Source of the DNA: Cytophagaceae bacterium
Lineage (GTDB): Bacteria; Bacteroidota; Bacteroidia; Cytophagales; JAIYAX01
Reading direction: 5' to 3'
Assembly: GCA_027488815.1 (NCBI GenBank)
Contig: JAIYAX010000006.1
Span: forward strand, 271,332-335,331
Length of the DNA stretch: 64,000 nt
In this document: positions 48,336 to 57,518 of the stretch, piece after piece
How positions within the stretch are numbered: position 1 is the stretch's first letter
How the letters are laid out: the number at the start of each line of letters is the position of its first letter
Position numbers and translations under genes: made by a program
The notes under the pieces: model-generated
Told to the model about the DNA's origin: nothing
Database searches by the model: none
What the model saw: the letters and a program-made list of their open reading frames with translations, nothing else

Positions 48336-48809
48336 ATGTCAAGCCAACTATCAAAACGCAAGAACTACGAGATACACGCCATTTCTACTGTTTTTGAAAC
48401 GCATACCAATGCCAATATTGCTGCCTGGGTGATGCAATCGGCCATGAAGTCAAAATACTTTGTAGTGGCCTTGTATCACCCTGATTATACTTTGGAACTG
48501 GTTCGCCAATCGGGAATACTGAACATAAACCTATTGGCTATGGATCAATACCGATTGGTAAATTCACTAGGCAGAAAGTCGGGAAGAGAACTAAACAAGC
48601 TTGAAAAAATCCCACATGGCTTTGATCAGCGGGGATGCCCATATCTGAAGGAATCTGTCGGGTATTTCAAATGTGAAGTTGAGCGCAGTGTCAATGGAGG
48701 AGATCACGAAATCATGGTATGCAAAGTCATCAGCAGCCACCATCTTCACCCTGAAAAGCAGGTACTTACTCTGGATTTTTTAAGGGGAAAGAGGCTGGTA
48801 AGAGGGTAA
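48336..48809 (+). CDS. Flavin reductase-like (FMN-binding split barrel) protein
   Basis: NANIAAWVMQSA, NINLLA, GRKSG, GCPYL, GGDHEIMVCKV. Confidence 0.85.
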   Translation: MSSQLSKRKNYEIHAISTVFETHTNANIAAWVMQSAMKSKYFVVALYHPDYTLELVRQSGILNINLLAMDQYRLVNSLGRKSGRELNKLEKIPHGFDQRGCPYLKESVGYFKCEVERSVNGGDHEIMVCKVISSHHLHPEKQVLTLDFLRGKRLVRG

Positions 48810-48810
48810 A

Positions 48811-49450
48811 CTAGAATGGTTTGCTCAACCAGGCGGAGTTTTTCAAGCCAAATCTCCAAAGTTTAAGTGAGTCCTCTTCTGCATATTCTACGCCAATACG
48901 CTTTCCGACAAGAAGGAGGCTTGTCAGGGAATTATCCAGTTGGTAGATGCCAATAGATTTTTCTTGCAGGCGCTTTTTGTTAAGCGAAAGAGTGATTCCC
49001 AAGGCTTGAGCAACATTTCCGGGGCCGCAACTCAGATTTCTTTGTGGTTTTTCTTTTTTTCGTCGCTCCAGCATTACCTCAATGCCCTCAATCGGCTCAA
49101 TGCTTCTGATCAGAACAGCATCTGCAAAGTATTCCTGATTGGTGACGATGTTGAGCATATAATGCAATCCATAGCATAAGTAAACATAGATATGGCCCCC
49201 GGAGAGGAACATTGCTTCATTTCTTGTAGTACGTCTTTGTTGAAAGGCATGTGAAGCCTTGTCGTTGAATCCACTGTAGGCTTCAGTTTCAGTAATAATT
49301 CCAGCGGTTCGTTTTCCACCAATATCTGATACGATGACACAGGAAATCAGATATTTAGCGATTTCGGTGACATCATTCCCTTCAAAGAAAGAAATAGGTA
49401 AAAGGGTGAAATGCTGATCTTTAAAATTATAGAAAGACAATTTCTTCAAT
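48811..49450 (-). CDS. mpg: 3-methyladenine DNA glycosylase (AAG/MPG type); start codon uncertain
   Basis: IITETEAY.G..DKASHA, YVYLCYGLHY.LNIV, AVLIR, GPGNVAQALGI, RIGV.YA. Confidence 0.93.
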
Positions 49451-49750
49451 AGCCGGTTGACCAATTTCAGCATTGAGCATTCCTATTACCCAGCTTTTTG
49501 ACATACTCAGCTCCTTTTTCAAAGGGGCAGAACTCAGCTTTACAAACAACTTTTTATCTTTAAATGTGAGTTGACGAGTTCGCTTGGCAACAACAGGACC
49601 TAAAACCGAATTCCAACTTTGAAAAACCCGGGTTCGTGTATAGCCTTCCTCAAGTTCATATACATGCAACAACTTATCCATAGCTTCAGCAAGGGAAGAG
49701 GTACTTTTGTCCCTTTTTTCTGTCTTATGTTCAAAGTTTTTAAAATGCAT
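49427..49750 (-). CDS. DUF721 / DciA-like protein
   Basis: Directly downstream of recF. W..VLGPVVAKRT...KLFVKLSSAPLKKELSM. Confidence 0.82.
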   Translation of the reverse strand: MHFKNFEHKTEKRDKSTSSLAEAMDKLLHVYELEEGYTRTRVFQSWNSVLGPVVAKRTRQLTFKDKKLFVKLSSAPLKKELSMSKSWVIGMLNAEIGQPAIEEIVFL

Positions 49751-49770
49751 TTTCAGATGGATATGACCTT

Positions 49771-50862
49771 TTAAAGGTAGGGAAGATGAATGATTTCAAC
49801 GTCCAGTTCCTGTAAAGATAGCAAGTGTAAGGTTCTTTCTGGACGGGCATCCGAAACAAAAATCTGACCAAATGGCGGCTGACTGACCAATTGAAGTAGA
49901 CCTGTGACCCTCTCCTCATCCAGCTTGTCAAATATATCGTCAAGAAGAAGTAGTGGTGTGATCTGTAGTTGTCTTTTAAGGACTTCAAACACTGCAAGTT
50001 TCATAGCAATCAGGAAAGTCTTTTGCTGACCCTGACTTCCCATGCGCCTGATCAGCTCGCCATTCATTAATAAATCATAATCATCACGATGGACACCCGC
50101 AAGAGATCTCCCGGCCTGCACATCACGTGCTCGATTTAATTTAAAAAGGTCAGGTTGAGGCTGCTCTATCGAAGAGCCTCGGTAGTGGATGTGCACCTGC
50201 TCCTGCCTTTTGCTAAGTTTATGATAAAAGCTCTCGAAGTCGTTGATGAACGCCGCCAGAAACAAATTTCTTTGTTCAAGGAGAAACTGGTTGAGGGATC
50301 CCAATTGCTCATCAAACACATCGAAAAGCTCTGCATCATAGTGTTGAGTTTCCTGGTAGCGCTTGATGAGTGCATTCCTGTCTTCAATTAAACGAAGGTA
50401 GAGGCCTAACTTTTCGAGATATTCAGGATTTTGCTGACAAATCACTGAGTCAAAAAATCGCCTTCTGTTTTCAGACCCTAAATGAATAAGGTCTTGATCC
50501 TGAGGAGCAATCATCACTACCGGGAATTTTCCGATGTGATCTGCCAGCTTTTCATGTGCTTTTCCATTCAGCAATACCTTCTTTTTCTCTCCTTCTTTCC
50601 ATGCAACCGATGCATGAACGACAGATAAAAATTCATGGTCAAATACACCTTTCAATAAGAAATAAGCCCCAAGAGCCCCTGGAAGTGCTTTGTCTTGTGA
50701 TTGCAGGGCACTTTTGCCGATACACAAGTTATAGATGGCATCCAGAACAGTGGTTTTTCCAGAGCCATTATGTCCGGTGATCAGGCATAGCTTTTTATGA
50801 AAAGCAAGGGACAAATTTTCCTTGCATTTAAAATTCACCAGTTGAAGCCCTTGAAGAAGCAT
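49771..50862 (-). CDS. recF: DNA replication and repair protein RecF
   Basis: GHNGSGKTT, GVHRDD, GSQGQQKT, LLLLDDIFDKLD. Confidence 0.96.
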   Translation of the reverse strand: MLLQGLQLVNFKCKENLSLAFHKKLCLITGHNGSGKTTVLDAIYNLCIGKSALQSQDKALPGALGAYFLLKGVFDHEFLSVVHASVAWKEGEKKKVLLNGKAHEKLADHIGKFPVVMIAPQDQDLIHLGSENRRRFFDSVICQQNPEYLEKLGLYLRLIEDRNALIKRYQETQHYDAELFDVFDEQLGSLNQFLLEQRNLFLAAFINDFESFYHKLSKRQEQVHIHYRGSSIEQPQPDLFKLNRARDVQAGRSLAGVHRDDYDLLMNGELIRRMGSQGQQKTFLIAMKLAVFEVLKRQLQITPLLLLDDIFDKLDEERVTGLLQLVSQPPFGQIFVSDARPERTLHLLSLQELDVEIIHLPYL

Positions 50863-50924
50863 CCGAAGCGTTGATCAAATTTTATGTATTTTTCGCCCGA
50901 AACCATTGTATAGGATCATTCGCT

Positions 50925-51956
50925 ATGGCAGCAGCAAAGGAAAAGTCAACAACAAAATCCAAGGAGAAGGCAAAGTATTCGAAAGAAATGTATTATTTCT
51001 GGTTTGAGAAAATGTTATTAATCCGAAGATTTGAAGAAAAGGCCGGGCAGTTGTATGGCCAACAGAAAATCAAGGGATTTTGCCACCTGTACATCGGTCA
51101 GGAGGCTTGTGCAGTTGGTGCAGTTAGTGCTTTAAAGAAAGATGATAAATGGATTACTGCCTACCGTGACCATGGTCATCCACTGGCTTTGGGCACTACT
51201 TCCAGAGCTGTGATGGCGGAGTTAATGGCCAAAAAAACCGGCTGCTCCAAAGGCAAAGGGGGATCAATGCACATGTTTGACAAATCCGTAAATTTTGTTG
51301 GCGGACATGGTATAGTTGGTGGTCAAGTTCCACTGGGAGCAGGATTGGCTTTTGCAGAAAAGTACAATGGAACCGACTCATTGTGTATTTGCTACATGGG
51401 AGACGGGGCAGTTAGGCAAGGAGCGTTGCATGAAGCATTTAATATGGCCATGCTCTGGAAGCTTCCGGTCATTTTTGTAGTTGAAAACAATGGCTATGCA
51501 ATGGGTACTTCAGTGGAGCGAACCTCCAATGTGACTGAGCTTTACAAACTGGGCCTCTCTTATAACATGCCTTCAGAACCTGTTGATGCCATGAGAGTAG
51601 AGACTGTTCATGAGGCTGTAGAGCGGGCTGCATCAAGAGCCAGAAAAGGCGATGGTCCAACATTTTTAGAGTTTCGCACTTACCGCTACAAGGGGCATTC
51701 CATGTCTGACCCGGCTAAATACCGAAGCAAAGAAGAAGTAGAAGAATACAAAAGCCAGGACCCGATTGAGCAGTGCAAGCAGGCTATGTTTGCCGCAGGC
51801 TATGCAACTGAAGCAGACATCGAAAAGATGGAACAGAAAGTTATGGATGAAGTCCTTGACTCAGTTGTTTTTGCAGAAGAGAGTCCATACCCCGATCCTG
51901 CTGAGGCCTACTCAGATGTTTATGTGCAAGCAGATTATCCCTATATAATGGAGTGA
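50925..51956 (+). CDS. pdhA: Pyruvate dehydrogenase E1 alpha subunit
   Basis: GFCHLYIGQEA, GKGGSMH, TPP motif GDGA...NN, YRYKGHSMSDP. Likely start MAAAKE at 50925. Confidence 0.97.
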   Translation: MAAAKEKSTTKSKEKAKYSKEMYYFWFEKMLLIRRFEEKAGQLYGQQKIKGFCHLYIGQEACAVGAVSALKKDDKWITAYRDHGHPLALGTTSRAVMAELMAKKTGCSKGKGGSMHMFDKSVNFVGGHGIVGGQVPLGAGLAFAEKYNGTDSLCICYMGDGAVRQGALHEAFNMAMLWKLPVIFVVENNGYAMGTSVERTSNVTELYKLGLSYNMPSEPVDAMRVETVHEAVERAASRARKGDGPTFLEFRTYRYKGHSMSDPAKYRSKEEVEEYKSQDPIEQCKQAMFAAGYATEADIEKMEQKVMDEVLDSVVFAEESPYPDPAEAYSDVYVQADYPYIME

Positions 51957-51985
51957 TCATCGCACTTGCATATCAATTAATTGAC

Positions 51986-51993
51986 TAGTTTTG
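51986..51993 (+). promoter_or_regulatory. -7 element TAGTTTTG for the TPR-ribH locus
   Basis: Exact TAnnTTTG match, immediately preceded by the palindrome TCAATTAATTGA. Confidence 0.65.
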
Positions 51994-52016
51994 CGCCTCA
52001 AATTTTGAAGTAGATT

Positions 52017-52712
52017 ATGGCGAAGAAACAGGAGCACAAATCCACAGAGGTGCTCGAAAACCCTGAGGCATTGGTAGACAGGTTCACACAGGCTGAGGAG
52101 TTTGTACGAAAAAACCAAAAAATCCTAAGTTATATTGGCACTGGTGTCGCCCTGCTTATAGGAGGCGTAATTGGATTTTTTTATTACCTGTCGACACAGG
52201 AAGAAGAAGCACAAAGCGTAATGTTTCCTGCCGTTTTTTATTTTGAAAAAGACTCATTTGATCTTGCACTGAATGGAAATGGGGTAAATAGTGGCTTAAT
52301 CGAAGTTGCTGATAACTACAGCCTGACCAAAGCCGGAAAGCTTGCCGCATTGTATACAGGAACCATTTATTTAAAGCAAGGTCAGTTTGAAGAAGCTTTG
52401 GAGTACCTGGAGAAATTTTCTTCCAGTGATGACATTGTTCAGGCTAGGGCTTATGTACTGAGAGGTGATGCAAACATGGAATTGAAAAATTATGCCGAGG
52501 CAGCAAATTTTTACAAAAAAGGTTCCACCCATGCTCCCAACAAGCAATTTACACCGGGTTACATGATGAAGTGGGCACTTGCAGAAGAATTAGCAGGCAA
52601 TACAACTGAAGCTGCTTATGTTTACGAAAAACTAATTGAGGAATACCCCTTGTCCTCAGATGTAAACGATGCCAAAAAATATCTGGCAAGAATAAAACCG
52701 GAGGTAAAATAA
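52017..52712 (+). CDS. Membrane-anchored TPR protein (YfgM-like)
   Basis: One TM helix near the N-terminus followed by TPRs. Upstream of ribH, as is usual in Bacteroidota. Confidence 0.82.
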   Translation: MAKKQEHKSTEVLENPEALVDRFTQAEEFVRKNQKILSYIGTGVALLIGGVIGFFYYLSTQEEEAQSVMFPAVFYFEKDSFDLALNGNGVNSGLIEVADNYSLTKAGKLAALYTGTIYLKQGQFEEALEYLEKFSSSDDIVQARAYVLRGDANMELKNYAEAANFYKKGSTHAPNKQFTPGYMMKWALAEELAGNTTEAAYVYEKLIEEYPLSSDVNDAKKYLARIKPEVK

Positions 52713-52729
52713 TCGGAATAGCTAATTTA

Positions 52730-52757
52730 GGGGGGCAATAATAAGCCCCCTTTTTTT
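52730..52757 (+). terminator. Terminator-like hairpin abutting the ribH start codon
   Basis: GGGGGC-aataataa-GCCCCC-TTTTTTT then ATG. Confidence 0.6.
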
Positions 52758-53234
52758 ATGGCAAGCAACCTTAAAAATCTTAACCAGTACAGTGATCGCA
52801 ATCTTTTGAATATTGCTGATAAGCGATTTGGCATTGTTGTTTCAGAATGGAATCATGACATCACAGAAACCTTGCTCAAATCAGCTGTTGAAACCCTTAA
52901 GTACCACGGTGCAGTTTCCTCTCATATCAAAATCATTTATGTGCCAGGCAGTTTTGAGCTATGCCTAGGGGCCCAAAAGCTGGCTGAGAAGAAAAAAATT
53001 GACGCCATCATCTGCCTCGGTTGTATCATTCAAGGTGAGACCAGGCACTTTGAGTTTATTGCTCAGGCAGTGGCCAATGGAGTCACTCAAGTAGGATTGA
53101 AATACGATAAACCTGTTATTTTTGGGGTGTTGACTACTGATAATTTGGAGCAGGCCAAACAAAGAGCTGGCGGTGAACATGGAAACAAAGGAGAAGAAGC
53201 AGCTATCACCGCCATTAAAATGCTTGCCATTTAA
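52758..53234 (+). CDS. ribH: 6,7-dimethyl-8-ribityllumazine synthase
   Basis: VSEWN, VPGSFEL, LGCIIQGETRHFE, GVLTT, NKGEEAA. Confidence 0.97.
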   Translation: MASNLKNLNQYSDRNLLNIADKRFGIVVSEWNHDITETLLKSAVETLKYHGAVSSHIKIIYVPGSFELCLGAQKLAEKKKIDAIICLGCIIQGETRHFEFIAQAVANGVTQVGLKYDKPVIFGVLTTDNLEQAKQRAGGEHGNKGEEAAITAIKMLAI

Positions 53235-53237
53235 CAA

Positions 53238-54986
53238 TTGAGATCTGCTTTACTTTGTTTTTGCCTACTCTTTGAGGCACATGTCAACTTTAGCCAGAAT
53301 TTAAGGCAAACACCCTTTGAGCGATCTGGTGGGCAAGAGACTGCCGCTTATGCAGAGGGAATAGACTATTACCGCTACTTAGACAGTTTGTCTGAAGAGG
53401 GAACCTTGCTTATCGAGGGCACAACTGACAGCGGCTTTCCTTTGCATTTGTTCCTTATTAGCAAAGCGCAAAGTTCCGTAAAACAAATTTTTTCCAGGCC
53501 ATTTGTACTTGTTATGAATGGGATCCATCCGGGGGAGAGTGATGGCATAGATGCAAGTATGCTTTTAGCCAGGGAGTTACTCAAGAATCCAAAGCTGAAT
53601 ACACTTCTTAATCAAGTAGACGTTGGTATCATTCCCTTTTACAACATGGCTGGGGCACTCAACCGAAACTGCTGTACAAGAGCGAACCAGAATGGACCAG
53701 CTATGTATGGTTTCAGAGGCAATGCCCGTAATTTTGACCTGAACAGGGATTTTATCAAGACTGACACCAGAAATACACAGGCATTCCAAGCCCTGTTTAA
53801 AAAGTATAAACCCTCTTTGTTTTTGGATACCCATGTAAGCAATGGCGCCGATTATCCTTACGTGCTTACTTATATTGAAAGCCAACCGGACAAATTGGGA
53901 AGCCAGCTTGGGCCCTACCAGGCAGAGGTTATCACACCATTCATCACCAGAGGCTTAGAAAAAGAAGGCATCCTTCATAGCGCTTACGTTGATTTTGATG
54001 TCGTCCCTGAAAAGGGAATAACTGCTTTTTTTGATGCCGGCAGGTATTCAACAGGTTATGCAGCTTTGTTTAATTGTCCGGGATACATGATCGAAACACA
54101 TATGTTGAAGCCTTATTCAGTTAGGGTTAATGCAACAATAGCGTTTTTGAAAGAGGCACTTCGATTTGTTTATGAGAATGGAAAGGAGCTAAACCAAAAA
54201 ATCCTTGATCAACAGCAGGAAGATGTTAAAGAACTTAAACGACCGGTAGATTGGAAGTTAGACCTATCCACGAAAGATTCCATTTTGTTTAAAGGCTATA
54301 CCTCTAAGTATAAGCTGAGCAAGGTTAGCGGCCTTCAGCAACTTTACTATGACCGAACTGACCCGTATGAAAAATATGTTCCTTTTCTCAGGAAGTATTC
54401 CCCTACCCAATGGGTTTCCCGACCACAGGCGTACATCATTCCCAAAGCCTATCAGGAAATAGCTGAAAAACTGAGCATTTCCGGAGTGCGGATGGATACC
54501 ATTAAGAACGACACCATGCTTATTGTTGAGCAATATGAAATTCTAAGCTATGAAACAGGACGACGCCCATATGAAGGACATTATGTACATGATCAAACGA
54601 AAGTGAGCACGTTAATTAGGCAAAAGAAGCTGTCAAAAGGAGACTTTTTAATAAGCACTTATCAAGAATCGTATCGGTTTATCATGGAATGTTTGGAACC
54701 CATTTCAAAAGATAGCTATTTCAATTGGAACTACTTTGATGCCATTCTGCAACCTAAGGAAGGCTTTTCAGACTATGTTTTTGAACCTGTGGCAGCGGAT
54801 ATTTTAGAAAGCGATAAAGACTTAAAACAAGAGTTCGAAAAGAAAAAAGCAGCCGATAGTATTTTTGCGACGCAACACCAAGCCCAGCTGCAGTTTATAT
54901 ACCGAAGATCAAAATATGCAGAACCAGACTATATGAAATACCCGATTTACCGATTGGTGAGTCCGGCAAAACAGAACTACAAATGA
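53238..54986 (+). CDS. M14 family zinc carboxypeptidase, exported
   Basis: GIHPGESDG, DLNRDF, FLDTHVSNG, signal peptide. Confidence 0.88.
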   Translation: MRSALLCFCLLFEAHVNFSQNLRQTPFERSGGQETAAYAEGIDYYRYLDSLSEEGTLLIEGTTDSGFPLHLFLISKAQSSVKQIFSRPFVLVMNGIHPGESDGIDASMLLARELLKNPKLNTLLNQVDVGIIPFYNMAGALNRNCCTRANQNGPAMYGFRGNARNFDLNRDFIKTDTRNTQAFQALFKKYKPSLFLDTHVSNGADYPYVLTYIESQPDKLGSQLGPYQAEVITPFITRGLEKEGILHSAYVDFDVVPEKGITAFFDAGRYSTGYAALFNCPGYMIETHMLKPYSVRVNATIAFLKEALRFVYENGKELNQKILDQQQEDVKELKRPVDWKLDLSTKDSILFKGYTSKYKLSKVSGLQQLYYDRTDPYEKYVPFLRKYSPTQWVSRPQAYIIPKAYQEIAEKLSISGVRMDTIKNDTMLIVEQYEILSYETGRRPYEGHYVHDQTKVSTLIRQKKLSKGDFLISTYQESYRFIMECLEPISKDSYFNWNYFDAILQPKEGFSDYVFEPVAADILESDKDLKQEFEKKKAADSIFATQHQAQLQFIYRRSKYAEPDYMKYPIYRLVSPAKQNYK

Positions 54987-55372
54987 TAACTCCAGCACAT
55001 CTGAGAGGGCTTCTTTTTTTAAGCTCCGGTTTTCATGCCATCTGGACTATGGCTGTTTATCTGGTTCCCGGTTCAATTGCCCGATGGCTGAGTATGGGTC
55101 AAAATTCAAGTATCCCATTTTCTTCTACTTATTTTTTCCTTGTTCTGGTGATCTCTATGCTTGGGCTTTCAGGGGCCTTGTATCCTCAGCGACTCCGGCT
55201 TATTCTGTGGATACTTCCAGTTTTAAAGGGAATAGAAATGTACTTTTCTTATGTTTTCATCGCTGAAGCTGCTCATAATTCCCGAATTCTCTTTCATTTA
55301 ACAGGCAATGGATTGATTTGGTTAGGGCTTTATCTCTATGTGATCTTGTCAATCCCCAACGGGAAAAATTAG
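54983..55372 (+). CDS. Small 4-TM membrane protein, paralogous to the N-domain of the next gene
   Basis: Four hydrophobic segments. Ungapped match to the downstream protein (W, P, W, PQR, K, N.LIW in register). Confidence 0.7.
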   Translation: MITPAHLRGLLFLSSGFHAIWTMAVYLVPGSIARWLSMGQNSSIPFSSTYFFLVLVISMLGLSGALYPQRLRLILWILPVLKGIEMYFSYVFIAEAAHNSRILFHLTGNGLIWLGLYLYVILSIPNGKN

Positions 55373-55404
55373 AACTTAAGCCTTCAGCTCTTGGTTTTCA
55401 GCTT

Positions 55405-56340
55405 ATGGAGAAACAAGAGCAATATGCCTGGGCAGGGCAAATGTTAAAAGCTGCCGGTTTATATAATGTTTTATGGGGGGCCTGGGTTGTTCTTTTCCCT
55501 TTAAGTTTTTTTGAATGGGCTTCACTACCCTTGCCAAACTACCCCATGATTTGGCAAAGTGTCGGAATGATTGTCGGAGTTTATGGACTGGGATATTTCA
55601 TTGCGTCCTATGATCCTCAACGGCATTGGCCTATCATTTTGGTTGGCTTTCTAGGCAAGGTTTTTGGCCCGGTGGGTGCGGTTTACTACATGATATCAGG
55701 GCTGTTTCCATTAGAATTTGCCTGGATTAACTTAACCAATGACCTGATTTGGATTATTCCTTTCGGACTTGTGCTGTATAAAATATGGAGAAATGAAATG
55801 CTTAGAGGCGAAATGATACCAACTCTGCTAGTTCAAGAGGCGTTGAATGATACCAAGCTAAAAGATGGAAAGAGTATAGCGGAGCGCAGTGAACAAGTGC
55901 CTGTGCTGCTGGTATTTCTAAGACACTTTGGATGTTCTTTTTGCAAAGAAGCGTTGCAGAAATTAGAAGAGAATAAGGAAGAAAGAATTGGCAAACGCCT
56001 GATTCTGGTTCATATGAGCACCGAGGATAAAGCAATGGCCTATTTTAGGAAATATGACCTTGGCAGTTTTGAACAAATTTCAGATCCTGATCAAGTTCTT
56101 TACCGTTCATTTGAATTGGGTCGTGCAAAATTCAATCAGGTTTTTGGGTTAGCAGAGTGGCAAAGAGGTATTTATGCAGCTTTCAATGGACATTTTCCCG
56201 GACTTCCTGAAGGAGATGGGTTTCGAATGCCTGGAGCATTCCTGATTGACAAAGGCAAAGTGGTTTCGAGTTGGAAGGCAAAGCGTGCATCTGAGCCCAT
56301 GCAGCTGGATCAGCTTATGAATTGCGAATTAAGTAGCTAA
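55405..56340 (+). CDS. 4-TM domain fused to a peroxiredoxin-like (AhpC/TSA, PRXL2/SelL-related) CxxC redoxin
   Basis: Likely start MEKQ at 55405. C-terminal domain LVFLRHFGCSFCKE...ISDP...LYRSFEL...GDGFRMPGAFLI. Confidence 0.85.
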   Translation: MEKQEQYAWAGQMLKAAGLYNVLWGAWVVLFPLSFFEWASLPLPNYPMIWQSVGMIVGVYGLGYFIASYDPQRHWPIILVGFLGKVFGPVGAVYYMISGLFPLEFAWINLTNDLIWIIPFGLVLYKIWRNEMLRGEMIPTLLVQEALNDTKLKDGKSIAERSEQVPVLLVFLRHFGCSFCKEALQKLEENKEERIGKRLILVHMSTEDKAMAYFRKYDLGSFEQISDPDQVLYRSFELGRAKFNQVFGLAEWQRGIYAAFNGHFPGLPEGDGFRMPGAFLIDKGKVVSSWKAKRASEPMQLDQLMNCELSS

Positions 56341-57512
56341 AATGGCCATAACACTCCTGCGATGAGTCCACCAAGGATGATAAGGGAGGGACTAATTCGA
56401 GTCAGCATCACGATGGTTACAGTGCCAATGATCACTCCAATATTAAACAAGGTTGTGTCTATTGGCTCAAACAATAAAATAGCTGCCGAGACAACCAGTC
56501 CAGCACTGGTAGCCTGAATACCTTCGAGAGAAGCTTTTACAACCCGATATTTTTTAAGTCGGTCCCAAAACCGAACTAAAAAGAATATTAGAAAAGTGCC
56601 TGGCAGGAAAATAGCCCCTCCGCAAAACAATCCCCCAAGCAGCTGACCAGTAATCCCGTAATCTTTCATGGAAATTGTTGATATGTAGCTGGCAAACGAA
56701 AATACAGGACCCGGGGTAAGCTGGGCGATGGCATAGCCTGATAGAAATTGCTCTGTGCTTAAGTACTTTTTAAAAACAACAAACTCTGTGAACATGGCGG
56801 GGATAAGTACCTGACCTCCGCCGAAAATTAAGCTACCGTTTCGATAGAAATTTTCGAAAAGCTTTACAGGCAAGAGTTGTGAAATCTCTCCCAATAAGGC
56901 CGCTAATAGAAACACACCACCCCAAAGAAAGAAATTAGCCCACGGTATGTTCAAAGGCTCCTTTGGCTCACGCTCTAAATGCTTGTATTTACGAGCCGAA
57001 ATCACACCTCCAAGTACCACAAGCAGCGGTAGTGCATAGGGAGTTCGGACATAATATGACACCATTGCGGAGAAGACAAGCAAAAATCCGCTTGTTCGTG
57101 TATTCACTACCAGTGTGATCATGTGATAAGCTGCGTAGATCACAAGCCCGACCGCCATGGGCTGAATGAATCGCAAAAAGTTGGTATCCAGATCTTTCGC
57201 AATAAAATAATTGGCCAAAAGCCCGGCACCAGTCATGATGATAAGTGCCGGACTTAACCAGATAAGTAAAGTAAGGTAGGCTAAATTGGCTCCCCCAAAC
57301 TTAAATGCAATAGCTGTGATGGTTTGAGTAGAACTAGGCCCTGGAATGACCTGACACAATGCATGTATTTCAAGATATTCCTCTTCTGACAGGTAGTGGT
57401 GCTTTTTTACAAACAAGTCATGAAACATGGTAAAATGAACCTGGGGCCCCCCAAAGGAGGTCATGGCTAAAGTAGCCACATCTTTTAGAAAGACCCTAGA
57501 TCTAAATCCCAT
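56337..57512 (-). CDS. chrA: Chromate ion transporter (CHR family, long chain)
   Basis: Two repeats: SFGGP...PGPSS and FGGGQV...TPGPVF. Confidence 0.92.
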   Translation of the reverse strand: MGFRSRVFLKDVATLAMTSFGGPQVHFTMFHDLFVKKHHYLSEEEYLEIHALCQVIPGPSSTQTITAIAFKFGGANLAYLTLLIWLSPALIIMTGAGLLANYFIAKDLDTNFLRFIQPMAVGLVIYAAYHMITLVVNTRTSGFLLVFSAMVSYYVRTPYALPLLVVLGGVISARKYKHLEREPKEPLNIPWANFFLWGGVFLLAALLGEISQLLPVKLFENFYRNGSLIFGGGQVLIPAMFTEFVVFKKYLSTEQFLSGYAIAQLTPGPVFSFASYISTISMKDYGITGQLLGGLFCGGAIFLPGTFLIFFLVRFWDRLKKYRVVKASLEGIQATSAGLVVSAAILLFEPIDTTLFNIGVIIGTVTIVMLTRISPSLIILGGLIAGVLWPF

Positions 57513-57518
57513 TCAACT

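Noticed and set aside
49427-49473. 47-nt overlap between DUF721 and mpg suggesting a frameshift or fusion
   Set aside because: Both ORFs are complete. The overlap shrinks if mpg starts at a downstream TTG.
55405-56340. Possible selenoprotein (SelL-related family)
   Set aside because: The active site is CSFC with Cys codons, and there is no in-frame TGA.
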